Shown here: positions 34,161 through 43,827 of the stretch, piece by piece | How positions within the stretch are numbered: position 1 is the stretch's first letter | Layout: each line of letters opens with the position of its first letter | DNA from: Mantamonas sphyraenae STR306 | Taxonomy: Eukaryota > Protista > CRuMs | DNA length: 64,000 bases | Reading direction: 5' to 3' | NCBI GenBank assembly: GCA_026936335.1 | Contig: JAPMXV010000055.1 | Location: 310,001-374,000, forward strand | Program-made: the position numbers and the translations under genes | Notes under the pieces: model-generated | What the model was told of the DNA's origin: nothing | What the model saw: the letters and a program-made list of their open reading frames with translations, nothing else | Database searches by the model: none

Positions 34161-37100
34161 TCACCTCGCTGCCAACACCTCACTGCGCACTGCCTCCACC
34201 TGCGCTTCTTTGTCCAGTTCAGCTTGCTGCAGTTGAGCATACAGTTGCTCGGTGCGGTCCTGAAGTTCGTCTCGCGCGCGGCGGGATTGGTTCAGTTGCG
34301 TGCGCAGCGCTTCAACGCGTTGCTTGTACTCGTCTGCCTCCATACGCAGGCGCTTTACTATGCGCGTGTGCTTCTCCAAGCTGACACTGTCTGTATCATG
34401 TGCTTGTGCCTGTTCGCGTGGTGGTTGATCCATGTGCCTCGGTTGCACCTGCTTCGCCGCCGTGTTGAGCTGTTGTTGGCTGGCTGCAAGTTGGCGCTGC
34501 AAACGCACGTTTTCCAGTTCCAGCTGCTTGGTCTGTCGTTCGAGATCCACGTGCTGGCTTTGCAGTAGCTTGAGCGACGCCTGAGTGCGTGCGTGCTCAC
34601 GTTGCTCCTCGCCCTGCTCGTCTTGTGAGCGTTGCATGTGTGCAAGCTGGTCGCGCAATTCGTTGTTGCGAAACAACATGTCGTCCAGAAGAAGACGCTG
34701 TTCCTGACGTATGCGCTGGCTTTCCTCCAGCTCCTTGCGCAGCGTCTGAACGATTGTCTCGTTCTTCTCGCTGGCATTGAGCATGGTCATGTCCAGCTGG
34801 CGTTGAAGCATAGACACGCTCGATTCTGCCTCGTCACAGCGTGCTCGTGCCTGCCGCAGCTTCTTCTGCAGCTGATCCCTCTCCGCCTCCACCTGGCTCA
34901 GATCAGCCATCAGCGAGCGCCGCTGAGACTCCAGCGACACGCGGTCGTGCTCATAGTCTGCACGCAACCTCTCCACCATCTGTTTCGACTGCTCAGCACC
35001 CGTCCCTGTCCACTGCACCTTGCCTGTCGTCAGTCCTTCCATGTGCACCAGGCCACTCAGCTCCTGGTTCATGATCGTCAGCTCGGTGCGCACGTGTTCC
35101 AGCACCATTCCAAAGTATCGTGCGTTTTCTTGAGGCGACTGCGAGGTCGAGTTGCTGTCCACGTCACCCAGATCCACCAGCAAGGTCGCCAAGCGCGTGT
35201 TGACAAGATCGACCATGCGGCCGACATCCTCCCGCATTTCGTTCAGCGTCTGCTCCGTGTGCACAAGCTTGTCCTTGTGCTTGCGTGCAATGGCTTTGTA
35301 CCTCTCCTTGCGCTCGTGGTGACCTTGCCTGGCCTCCTCCACCTCCTCGACGGCTGCAGCCAGGCGACGCTGCATCGTTTCCAGCTCCATCAACTGTGCA
35401 TTGCTCGCCATTTCCAGTTGCACCTTGGCCTGTTCTGCGTGTGCACATCTCTTTTTCAATGCATGCGCGTCGGCTTTGGCGCTCTCCAGCGATCGCTCCA
35501 AGTCCACCATCCGGGCGGCCCTGGACTCGGCTTCAGCAGTCGCGCGATCCAGCGCCAGTTGCAGCTCCTGCACCTGGCCCTTCTCCCTGTGGCTTTGTTC
35601 AAACAGCTGCATGCGCACGTCTGCCAGTTCCCGTTTCGTCGAGTCCACTGTCGCCTGGTACTCCAGATTCTGCCGCATCAGCACGTCCACCTGTGTCTGC
35701 AGATGCTTTCGAGCCCCAAGTTCTTTCTCCAGCCCTCGCTGTGCCTCAGCCACTTGCAGACGCAGACGTCCACTCTCCGCTTCCACGTCCCCACACCGTT
35801 CTTTGTACACTTGCAGCTTGCGTCGCGTACTCTTGTTTTCGTCGCTCATCTCCTGCGACTGCTGCAACGCGCGCGCCTCGGCCTCCTTTGCTCCTCGCCA
35901 CTGCACACGCATGTCATCCAGGGCTTGTTTGGCGCTGTGGTACTCCTGCTCCCACCGCGATGCCTCGATCTGTTCGCTTGTCTGCGCTTTGGCCTGTTCG
36001 CGTTCCCGTTCCCGCAGTTCTTGCGCTTGTGCCCGCAGTTCCTGCTCCGTGGCGTTCAGCGCCTGTTTTGTGCTGCTCGCTGCGTCTTCCGCAAGCTCCA
36101 AACGGCTGCTCAGCGAGTCAATGGTCAGGTTGGCCCGCTGCAGATCCAATTCCAGCCCGTTGGCACGCTCGGTTGCCTTGCGTGCTTGTGTGCGCCAGTC
36201 CAACAAAGCATCTTCCAGTCCTTGTACACGTTTCTGAGCGGCCTCGGCCTGCTCTCGCGCTTCCTGCACATCCTTTGCTTCCTCCTTTGCGGTGCTCTCC
36301 TTCTCTTCTCCTCCCTCCCACGGATTGTCCTCCGCCCATGGATTGTCCTCTTCGTCTTCTTCCTCCGCTTTGTCCTCATTCTTGCCTTTGGTAAGCTCAG
36401 CCAGGCGCTGCCGCTCGTGTGCCAACTGACGTTCCAGCATTTCCACCTGCTCCTCCCAGTATCGATTCTGCTCTGCATGCCTCTCTTGTTGCTGCTTGAG
36501 CTGCCTCGACAAACTATCTGCGCGAGCTTCCGCTTCCTCCAGTTCGTTGAACGCGTCGACCGCCTGTTTGCGTGACTTGGCTGCCGCCACCAAATCGGCT
36601 TCCTGCGTCGTGCGCATGTGCGCCAGCTCAGCCTCGCTTTGACTCTGGGCCCCAAGCAACTGCGGCAATCTGTACTGCACCCAGTGGTGGACTTCGTCCC
36701 ACGAGACTTTGTCTTCCTCATCCGCTCCTGCGTCGCTGTCTTGGTCTTCATCGACGATTCCCCGTTGCCTTTCCCGTTCTTCCAGCTCGTCGTCCCAGTC
36801 ATTGTGATCGTAATCCACGTCAAACTCCTTGTCCTTCTTTGTTCCTAGTTGTTGGTGTGCAAGCAGCGTGTCTCTGAGGAGCACCACCGTCTGCTGGGGC
36901 GAGTCCGCCGAATCTGCGAGCTCCGCCTCCAAGCGCGCATTCTCCTTTTGCATCATCTGGAACTGGCCCTGTACAATGTTTAGCGTGTTCCTTTGCGTCT
37001 TGAGCTGCATCTGCAAGTGCTTTACGCGTGCATCCGCCTCGCTGTCACTTGCTTTCACATGCATTCTTCCGGTTGGCCCATCGTCGTCGCTCGATTCGTC

Positions 37101-38772
37101 GTCGTCTTCGTTGTGCGACAGCCCTGGAACCAGACGAAACAAATTTGCCTCGTTTGCTTCGTCCTCGTGGCTGTCCGTGCTCATCATTCGTCCCGACGCC
37201 TCCTCGGAAGGCAGCCGAGTTGTCGGTGACCACGTATCCAACCACTCATCGCCTGGAGCCTGTGCCCCTCTGATTGCAGGGCCATCTTCATGGTCGACGT
37301 CCTCCGCATAGACGTCCCCGTCATCCAGGGCAACCGTGTCCATGGATGCTGCCGGTTGTTCTGAACGCAGAGTGCCAGAACTGCGACTGCTGCTGCTGCT
37401 GGTCTGCGTCGGCCCCAGCCTCGATCGGCTGGCCTCGTTTTCAGGAGTGTACGTGTGCTCGGCCACGTCTTCGGCAAAGCGGGCCGTACGCGGTGGGGAT
37501 GCGTGGCCTCCACCAGCAAACAGCTGCTGGCCCTCCCATTCCACACCATGCTCGTGAATGTCCAAATCATGCTCACCATCGATGATTTGCTCCATAACCC
37601 TGTTTGGAGGCGCTGTTTCGCCTGTGGCGGCTGCCCCGTTGTTGCGTTCGATGTACGCGTTGTACCGTTCCCTCGCCTCGTCGCTCGCATACTCCCACAG
37701 CGTGTGCAGCAGGCTCTCGCTGTGCTGCTCCCCCAGTGCTGTGTAGATCAGAGCGTTCTGTCCGTACTTGTCCGTCTTGTCCACACTCGCGTCGTAGTTG
37801 AACAACGCCGTAAAGTATTCTGGAAGCACGTCGGGCGTGTTGTGCACGTGGCACGCATACATCAGTGCCGTTGCTCCGTGCTTGTCTTCCATGTCCACGT
37901 CCACGCCTTCTTCCAACAGCGCTGTGACGGCAGGGCCATTCTGGTGGATTACGGCGAGGTGCAACGCACTCTTGCCCGATTCGTCCAGCATGCGTGCATC
38001 CGCACCGTTACGCATGAACCAATGCACCAGATCGCCACTTCCGTGTGCAGATGCCACGTGAAGCGCCGTTTTGCGGTGTGGGCCCACCTCGTTGATGCGC
38101 ACACCGCCTTTTACCAACTCGTCCAAAATCTCCATGTTGCCCAGATTTGCAGCTGTGTGGATGAGCCAGATCTGCGAATTGGCTTCATGCACATTGCAAT
38201 CTGCACCCTTGGCTACGAGTGCGCTCACAATCTGCGTGTCGCGTCCGCGCCCACCATGTCAGAGCGGGCCTGAGAGAGGAATGGACACCACTTCGTCCGT
38301 CTTGCTCCGCACGCTCTTACCTTTGTATGGCCCATCACCACTGCATAGAAGATTGCGCTGTATCCGTTGCCATCCATCAGATCCAACGAGGCGTCCTGTG
38401 TGGTCGTGCATCCCACGCTGTGTGTCAGATCCTCTATCGGACATGGTTTGTCCGTTGGCTGCGCGTGGCGCGCAGATTGCCACAGACCACCCTCGTCTCC
38501 ACAAACACCCGCCCTTCCACACGTACCCACTCCCGCATGGCTTTTAGCTCGCTCGTCACCTTGCGCCTGTCCCCCTTGTAGCATGCCAGGCTCAGGTCCG
38601 ACAATTCGTCCTCCTGCATCTCTGTCAATTCGAACGTGGCCGCCTGCTGCGACGCTTGGTTCCCCTGATTTGCATGTTTGTGAGAGGGTGCATGTACGTG
38701 GTGCAATGTGTTTGTTAGCATGTGCGGTGTCACAGACGGAAGTATATCTGTCCATTTTCTGAAACTAACCAT
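34161..38772 (-). CDS. Ankyrin-repeat protein with very long C-terminal coiled coil; exons ~38772-38527, 38395-38321, 38231-34161 (start uncertain)
   Basis: Ankyrin motifs (LSLACYKGD, GYSAIFYAVVMGH, TALHVASAHG, GKSALHLAV, GATALMYAC). In-frame introns 38396-38526 (GTACGT..ACAG) and 38232-38320 (GTAAG..GCAG). About 900 aa of E/Q/R/L heptads follow. Confidence 0.85.
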
Positions 38773-38878
38773 CGCCTTTTGCTTTGCGTCGAGCAGAGCA
38801 GAGCCCCACCAGCGTTGTCTCCCCACATGCCTCGTCCACACATGATCTTTGCTGACAAGGCAACGCAGCTGTGCCAGA

Positions 38879-40426
38879 TCATTCGTCCTCTGGCTCCGAG
38901 TCGCTGCTGCTGTCGTCCGTGATGTCGTTGCCGTCCTCGTCGACCCCCTTGGGCCACGGCTTGACGCCTTCGGTGTGCTCAAACACCTCGTCGTTCTCGT
39001 AGTATTTGACGATGTCGCGGAACCCGTTGAGGTACGTGACCATGGAATGGTCCGAGGCGTTTGTGTCGGCGAGCTCCACCGTCCAGAAACGCTCGTTCGT
39101 GACTGCACGCAGGAAGCGGCGGTCGTTCACCTTGATCAGATGGTAGCACTTGCCCGGGATGGTCATGCGCACAGGCTCGGGTTTTTCGTCTGCGGTTTCG
39201 TCCTTGTCCATCTCTGCCTCCGCCTCTTCGCTCGTCTGTTCCCGCGCCGCATCCTCCACGGCCTCGGCCTCCTCCTTCACATCCTCCTTCTCGTCGTCCG
39301 TCAAATCCTCCATCTCCAGCTTTTCATCTTCGTCCTCGCTGTCATCCTTGCCGTACTTCTCCTTTGCCCAGCTGCGCAGCGCCGAAATCCTGCTCTTGGC
39401 CTCGTTTTGCGCCTCAGAGACGGCACGCGACAGCTTCTGCGCACGTTCCGACGACTCCATGGTGTCGTTCAGAGCCTTGATCCATCTGCCCGGCTTCGTC
39501 TGCGCCAGCTCCTTCTTGAGATCGCTGGACCAATCATACTGCGCCAGCTCCTTGCGCAGCGCCTCCAGGGACGCCACAGACGAGCGCGGCACGATGTCGA
39601 ATCCACACACAATGCTCGTGATCCAGTGCTCGCCAATCTTGGCCAGGTTCGGCGTCACGCACGACGCACTGCCAAACGTGTAGCACTTGACGTCATGAAA
39701 CTCCTCCTTCCACATGTACGACACCAGAGCCGCCACGCCACCTCCCAACGAGTGGCCACACACAACCAGGCTGTAGCCCTCGTTGTCGTCCAAAGCCTGC
39801 TTGACGGTGTCGCGCAGGTTCTCGTCAAACCATTGTGCGGCCTCCAACATGCCAGCGTGCGCCTGCCCGGCAAGAAAGTCTTCTGCGCGTGCAGCAAGGT
39901 CGGTCACAATGTCTCGCGCCGACCATGTGCCTCGGATGGCCAGCGCCACCTTCTTGCGCTTGTCATCGACAAAGAGAAAATGAGCAGGACGCGCCATGGA
40001 CGACGAGAACTTGCTCACCAAGACCTGCTCCTTGCGCACGTACGAGTTTTCAACCAATTGCTCCAGGTTGTCCAGGTAGCTTAGGTCCGACACCTTGCCC
40101 CACCAGCGCAAATCGTCAATCAGGTTGTCCTTGACCAGGTCGTCGTAGCGCAACACCTCGTCGTTGTTTTCCGGCTCCCGGTCCATGATTTGTTTGCGCT
40201 TCAGATACTTCAACCCCACCGCAAGATCAAAAGCACTGAATCGGCCCATGTCCTTCACACCGTCCTTCATAATCTGAGCCATCGCTTTGAGCGTCTGAAA
40301 CTCGCTCACCTCTTCGTTTTCTGCATCGCTCTTTCCAGTTGTGGCCGCCTCGCTCACGTTCACATTTGGGATGCCATATCCACTGGAATTGTCTGTTTGT
40401 TTGCTATTCGAATCACTACTTGACAT
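38879..40426 (-). CDS. Class 3 lipase (diacylglycerol lipase-like alpha/beta hydrolase)
   Basis: VALAIRGT.S..D..TDL, AHAGMLEAA, nucleophile elbow GHSLGGG, DIVPR, and C-terminal DH.M..Y catalytic His region. Confidence 0.9.
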   Translation of the reverse strand: MSSSDSNSKQTDNSSGYGIPNVNVSEAATTGKSDAENEEVSEFQTLKAMAQIMKDGVKDMGRFSAFDLAVGLKYLKRKQIMDREPENNDEVLRYDDLVKDNLIDDLRWWGKVSDLSYLDNLEQLVENSYVRKEQVLVSKFSSSMARPAHFLFVDDKRKKVALAIRGTWSARDIVTDLAARAEDFLAGQAHAGMLEAAQWFDENLRDTVKQALDDNEGYSLVVCGHSLGGGVAALVSYMWKEEFHDVKCYTFGSASCVTPNLAKIGEHWITSIVCGFDIVPRSSVASLEALRKELAQYDWSSDLKKELAQTKPGRWIKALNDTMESSERAQKLSRAVSEAQNEAKSRISALRSWAKEKYGKDDSEDEDEKLEMEDLTDDEKEDVKEEAEAVEDAAREQTSEEAEAEMDKDETADEKPEPVRMTIPGKCYHLIKVNDRRFLRAVTNERFWTVELADTNASDHSMVTYLNGFRDIVKYYENDEVFEHTEGVKPWPKGVDEDGNDITDDSSSDSEPEDE

Positions 40427-40501
40427 GCTTTTTCTTTGTTGTCGCTCTCTATCTGGCCTGGGAAAAATTGGTCAGGCCGGCGCGCGGAGAGTTTCCCTTT
40501 T

Positions 40502-41869
40502 TCACTGCTCAACTGGAACACGAACGTTGAATCGTCGCACCCGGCCATCTCGTGAAGCAGCGAGCACCGTTCCAGACGCATGCACCGCAATATCCTTGAT
40601 GGGCTCGCAGTCGGCGCCGGTGAGAAGAACGGATGCTGGCACGCGATTGACACGCAGGTCGTGCTCGACACCAGCAGAGACATCCAACAGTGCACACACG
40701 CCGTCTGCAGTACCGACCCACACGTTGCCGGTGTCTGCGCTTGTCCACGACGACGGCGGAAGCGCAAGCGCAGTCACAGGGTGCACGGACCACGGCAACG
40801 TGGAAACAGCCTCGGAGTTTGGGCCACCACCCGTGCGCAGGTCGTACTGCCACACACAGCCGTCTTGACCGCCCGCAAAGAACCCATCACCGTCTCGGGT
40901 AAACACACACGCGTTCAGAGCACGCTGTCCCGAGCCCGAGTCGCTGCTCGAGCCTTGACACACGTCCACGTCGAGCACACACTCGCGTGCGCGTACATCG
41001 TACACGCGCACGTGACCAGACTCCCACGCAGAGCACACCACGACGCCCTCGGTGTTTGTTTCACGCTCATCCGCCTCCACGCCGCTTGCGCCTGCCCAGT
41101 CGCTTTGCACAGCAACGCTCACGTCGTTCACATTGTCTCCATCCACCTCGCCCAACGCGCGTATGCACGACTCGGATGCTGTGTCCCACAGTCGCACGCT
41201 TCCGTCCAACGAACCCGCTGTGCATGGCCCCACGTCCGTGTCAGTCCTTTTTGCCGGTGCGTTGTCCACACACGTGTACAATCCCGCACCACCACCACCA
41301 CCACTGCAACCTACACACAAAGTTTCTCCCTCGGTCAATGAACCCAAGCGCCTCGATGGCCCGCTGGTGCCCTTTGAGCGTTGACACACACTCGCCGTCA
41401 GACAAATCCCACAAGCACACTTGCATGTCCCCTCCTCCGCTCACGGCCACCTTGCCACTGGGGAAGAAGCGTGCACAGTGCACATCCCACACATGTCCCT
41501 CCAGCTGTCGCTGTACCTTGCCTGAGCTTGCGTCAAACAACTGCAACTTGCCCCCGTCCGCTCCGACCAAGCCCAACCCTCCCTCGGGCGACAACGCCAC
41601 CGTGTTGGGTGCCTCAAACTTAAACGCACGTGATGCTGCCTGGATGCTCCACGTCCTGTCTTCGTATTCCACTCGCAGCAGCCTTCCGTCGTTCTCGACA
41701 CTGCTCACCTTGACCAGCTCGTCCCCGCTTCCCGTGACCCCACCCGTCCTCTCATCCATGCCCCATTCGATGTACTCCTTGTGTGTGTCTCCCTTGTTGT
41801 CCGTCACATGCACCCAACATCGAGAAGCCGTGCCTCTGCCGCTTCCGTTTCTCTCGCTTCCGCTTCCGG

Positions 41870-41907
<38 letters not shown>

Positions 41908-42071
41908 ACACCATCGCCACCTGTGCTGTTCCCTTGCATCTCGGCACGAGCTTGTGCCTTGATCACGTCCACATGCCAGTCTGCCTGGATGCTAAGCATT
42001 TTGTGGGCTGGGAACAGTCTTGTCGGCGCCTGCGTCACACTCGCCAACCTGACCTCCTTCACACCAGCCAT
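40502..42071 (-). CDS. PAAF1: Proteasomal ATPase-associated factor 1 (Rpn14-like WD40 protein); exons 42071 (or 42095/41999)-41315, 41217-40502
   Basis: IQADW N-terminal motif, LEGHVWDVHCARFFPSGKV.VSGG.D, DRGRNFVS|GSLDGSVRLWD, ERE.NTEG, LTGADCEP and SRDG.VRRF all match PAAF1. Intron 41218-41314 (GTAGGT..ACAG). Confidence 0.88.
41873..41906. repeat. (CTG)n/(CAG)n trinucleotide microsatellite encoding poly-Ser in PAAF1
   Basis: About 11 tandem CTG units; reads SSSSSSSSSSS on the minus strand. Confidence 0.9.
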
Positions 42072-43560
42072 GTCCAACAAAACGGTTGTGCTCATCCTGC
42101 TCGCCTGTGTGGCGCTCTCTGTGGCCACCAAGCCCCTGCGTCAGGGTTCTCTCCCCACCAACAACAACGTCCTCGTTCTCCTGGACGATCCCAGCGTGCG
42201 CCAGACACACTCGGTGTACTTTGCCGACCTCGAGGCTGCTGGCTTCAACCTCGACTTTCAGCGTGCCGACGACCCGTCGCTGAGTCTCTCCGAGTTTGGC
42301 GAGTTCAAGTACCACGCTCTCGTTGTGTTTGCCCCGTCCGTCGAGGAGTTTGGAGGCGTCGTCGACGTCAACTCCATCGTCGAGTTTGTCGACGCCGGCC
42401 ACAACCTCATCCTCGCCGCCTCGCCCCAGATCTCCGACCCCATCCGTGAGCTCGCTGCTGAACTTGGCGCAGACTTTGATGACGAAGGCGTACGTTGCGC
42501 CTGCTTTTGGCTCCCTGCCCGACTTGGTCGCCCCGCCCCCTCCGTTTTGCATTTTTGCGCTCTTTGCAGCCCTCTCACCGTCTCTGCCCCTCACACCTTT
42601 CACGCTCCCGTTTGCCCTCCCCGTGCCCTCTACGTCCTGCCCCAACCACAGAGCTATGTTCTCGACCACACCAACTTTGACCTTGCTGACGTGGACGGCG
42701 ACCACAGCTTGATTGTCGCAAGCGACGTGGCGGCCCTCCCCGTCATCACCGGCGACCGTACCGGCGCCTCGCCCCTCCTCTTCCAGGGCATTGGCCACAG
42801 CGTGAGTGCACGCAGCAAGCTGCTCATGCCCCTTGTCCGTGGCTCCTCCACAGCCTACTCCCACAAGCCCGAGACCCCTGTGACCGAGCTCCCCACCGCC
42901 GGCACAAACACCGCCCTCGTCTCTGTCCTGCAGGCACGCAACAACGCACGCGTCCTCATTTCCGGCTCCATCGACATGTTTAGCGACAAGTTTATGCGCA
43001 GCGCCGTGCGCCCGGCCACAGGCAAGGACGCAAGCCCGCGCTCCAGCAACCAAGCCTTCCTCGACAACGTGTCTCGTTGGACTCTTGGCCAGCGCGGCGT
43101 CCTCCGTGTCCAGGACGTCAAGCACCACCGCCAGGGCGAGAGCAGCCCGCCCAACACCTACGTTGTCAAGGAAGACATCGAGTACTCCGTCACCATTCAG
43201 GAGCTGCGCGACGGCAAGTGGCAGCCCTTCAAGGCTGACGACGTCCAGCTCGAGTTTGTCATGCTCGACCCTTATGTGCGTACCTTTATGCAGCACGACG
43301 CCCAGGGCCGCTACACTGCCAAGTTCCAGGTGCCTGACGTGTACGGCGTCTTCAAGTTCCGCCTTGAGTACTACCGCCGCGGATACACCCACGTCCACGT
43401 CGAGACTGTCCACCCCGTGCGCCCCTTCCGCCACGACGCCTACGAGCGCTTCATTGTTGCCGCCTACCCGTACTACGCTTCTGCCTTCAGCATGATGGGT
43501 GGTCTCGTCCTCTTCTCCCTCATCTTCCTTTTCACCAAGGACAAGGCCAAGAAGGAGTAA
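42070..43560 (+). CDS. DDOST: Oligosaccharyltransferase 48 kDa subunit (OST48/WBP1); exons 42070-42489, 42652-43560
   Basis: Signal peptide MSNKTVVLILLACVALSVA; THSVYF.DL...GF, FAPSVEEFGG, LQARNNARV..SGS, QLEFVMLDPYVR, PDVYGVFKF, YERFIVAAYPYY; C-terminal TM plus KK ER-retrieval signal (KAKKE). Intron 42490-42651. Confidence 0.96.
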   Translation: MSNKTVVLILLACVALSVATKPLRQGSLPTNNNVLVLLDDPSVRQTHSVYFADLEAAGFNLDFQRADDPSLSLSEFGEFKYHALVVFAPSVEEFGGVVDVNSIVEFVDAGHNLILAASPQISDPIRELAAELGADFDDEGVRCACFWLPARLGRPAPSVLHFCALCSPLTVSAPHTFHAPVCPPRALYVLPQPQSYVLDHTNFDLADVDGDHSLIVASDVAALPVITGDRTGASPLLFQGIGHSVSARSKLLMPLVRGSSTAYSHKPETPVTELPTAGTNTALVSVLQARNNARVLISGSIDMFSDKFMRSAVRPATGKDASPRSSNQAFLDNVSRWTLGQRGVLRVQDVKHHRQGESSPPNTYVVKEDIEYSVTIQELRDGKWQPFKADDVQLEFVMLDPYVRTFMQHDAQGRYTAKFQVPDVYGVFKFRLEYYRRGYTHVHVETVHPVRPFRHDAYERFIVAAYPYYASAFSMMGGLVLFSLIFLFTKDKAKKE

Positions 43561-43574
43561 CGAGGACTGCTGGC

Positions 43575-43636
43575 AACATCATCCACCATCACCATCATCA
43601 TCACCATCACCATCAACATCAACATCAACATCACCG
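43575..43636. repeat. Degenerate (CAT/CAC/CAA)n low-complexity repeat just downstream of the OST48 stop
   Basis: caacatcatccaccatcaccatcatcatcaccatcaccatcaacatcaacatcaacatcacc. Confidence 0.8.
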
Positions 43637-43770
43637 CTACCGCCGTCCAAGACCAACGGCGGCGTGCTCGTCGCCTGGATCGGTGCCGACCTGAAACCAC
43701 ACGCCTGCATTGCACACAGAGAATGAAACGGAATTTCCCATCTCTCCATCTCGCTCGCTCACATACACAC

Positions 43771-43801
43771 ACTCTCTCTCTCTTTCTCTCTTTCTCTCTT
43801 T
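43771..43801. repeat. (CT)n-rich tract upstream of the dynein start
   Basis: actctctctctctttctctctttctctctt. Confidence 0.7.
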
Positions 43802-43827
43802 GCTCCTCCTCCGCCAACCCAAAACAA

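Noticed and set aside
40987-42069. N-terminal ~360 aa of the 857-aa ORF, suggesting a poly-Leu/His-tract fusion to OST48
   Set aside because: It is the antisense of PAAF1, and the poly-Leu mirrors the poly-Ser repeat. OST48 starts at 42070 with a normal signal peptide.
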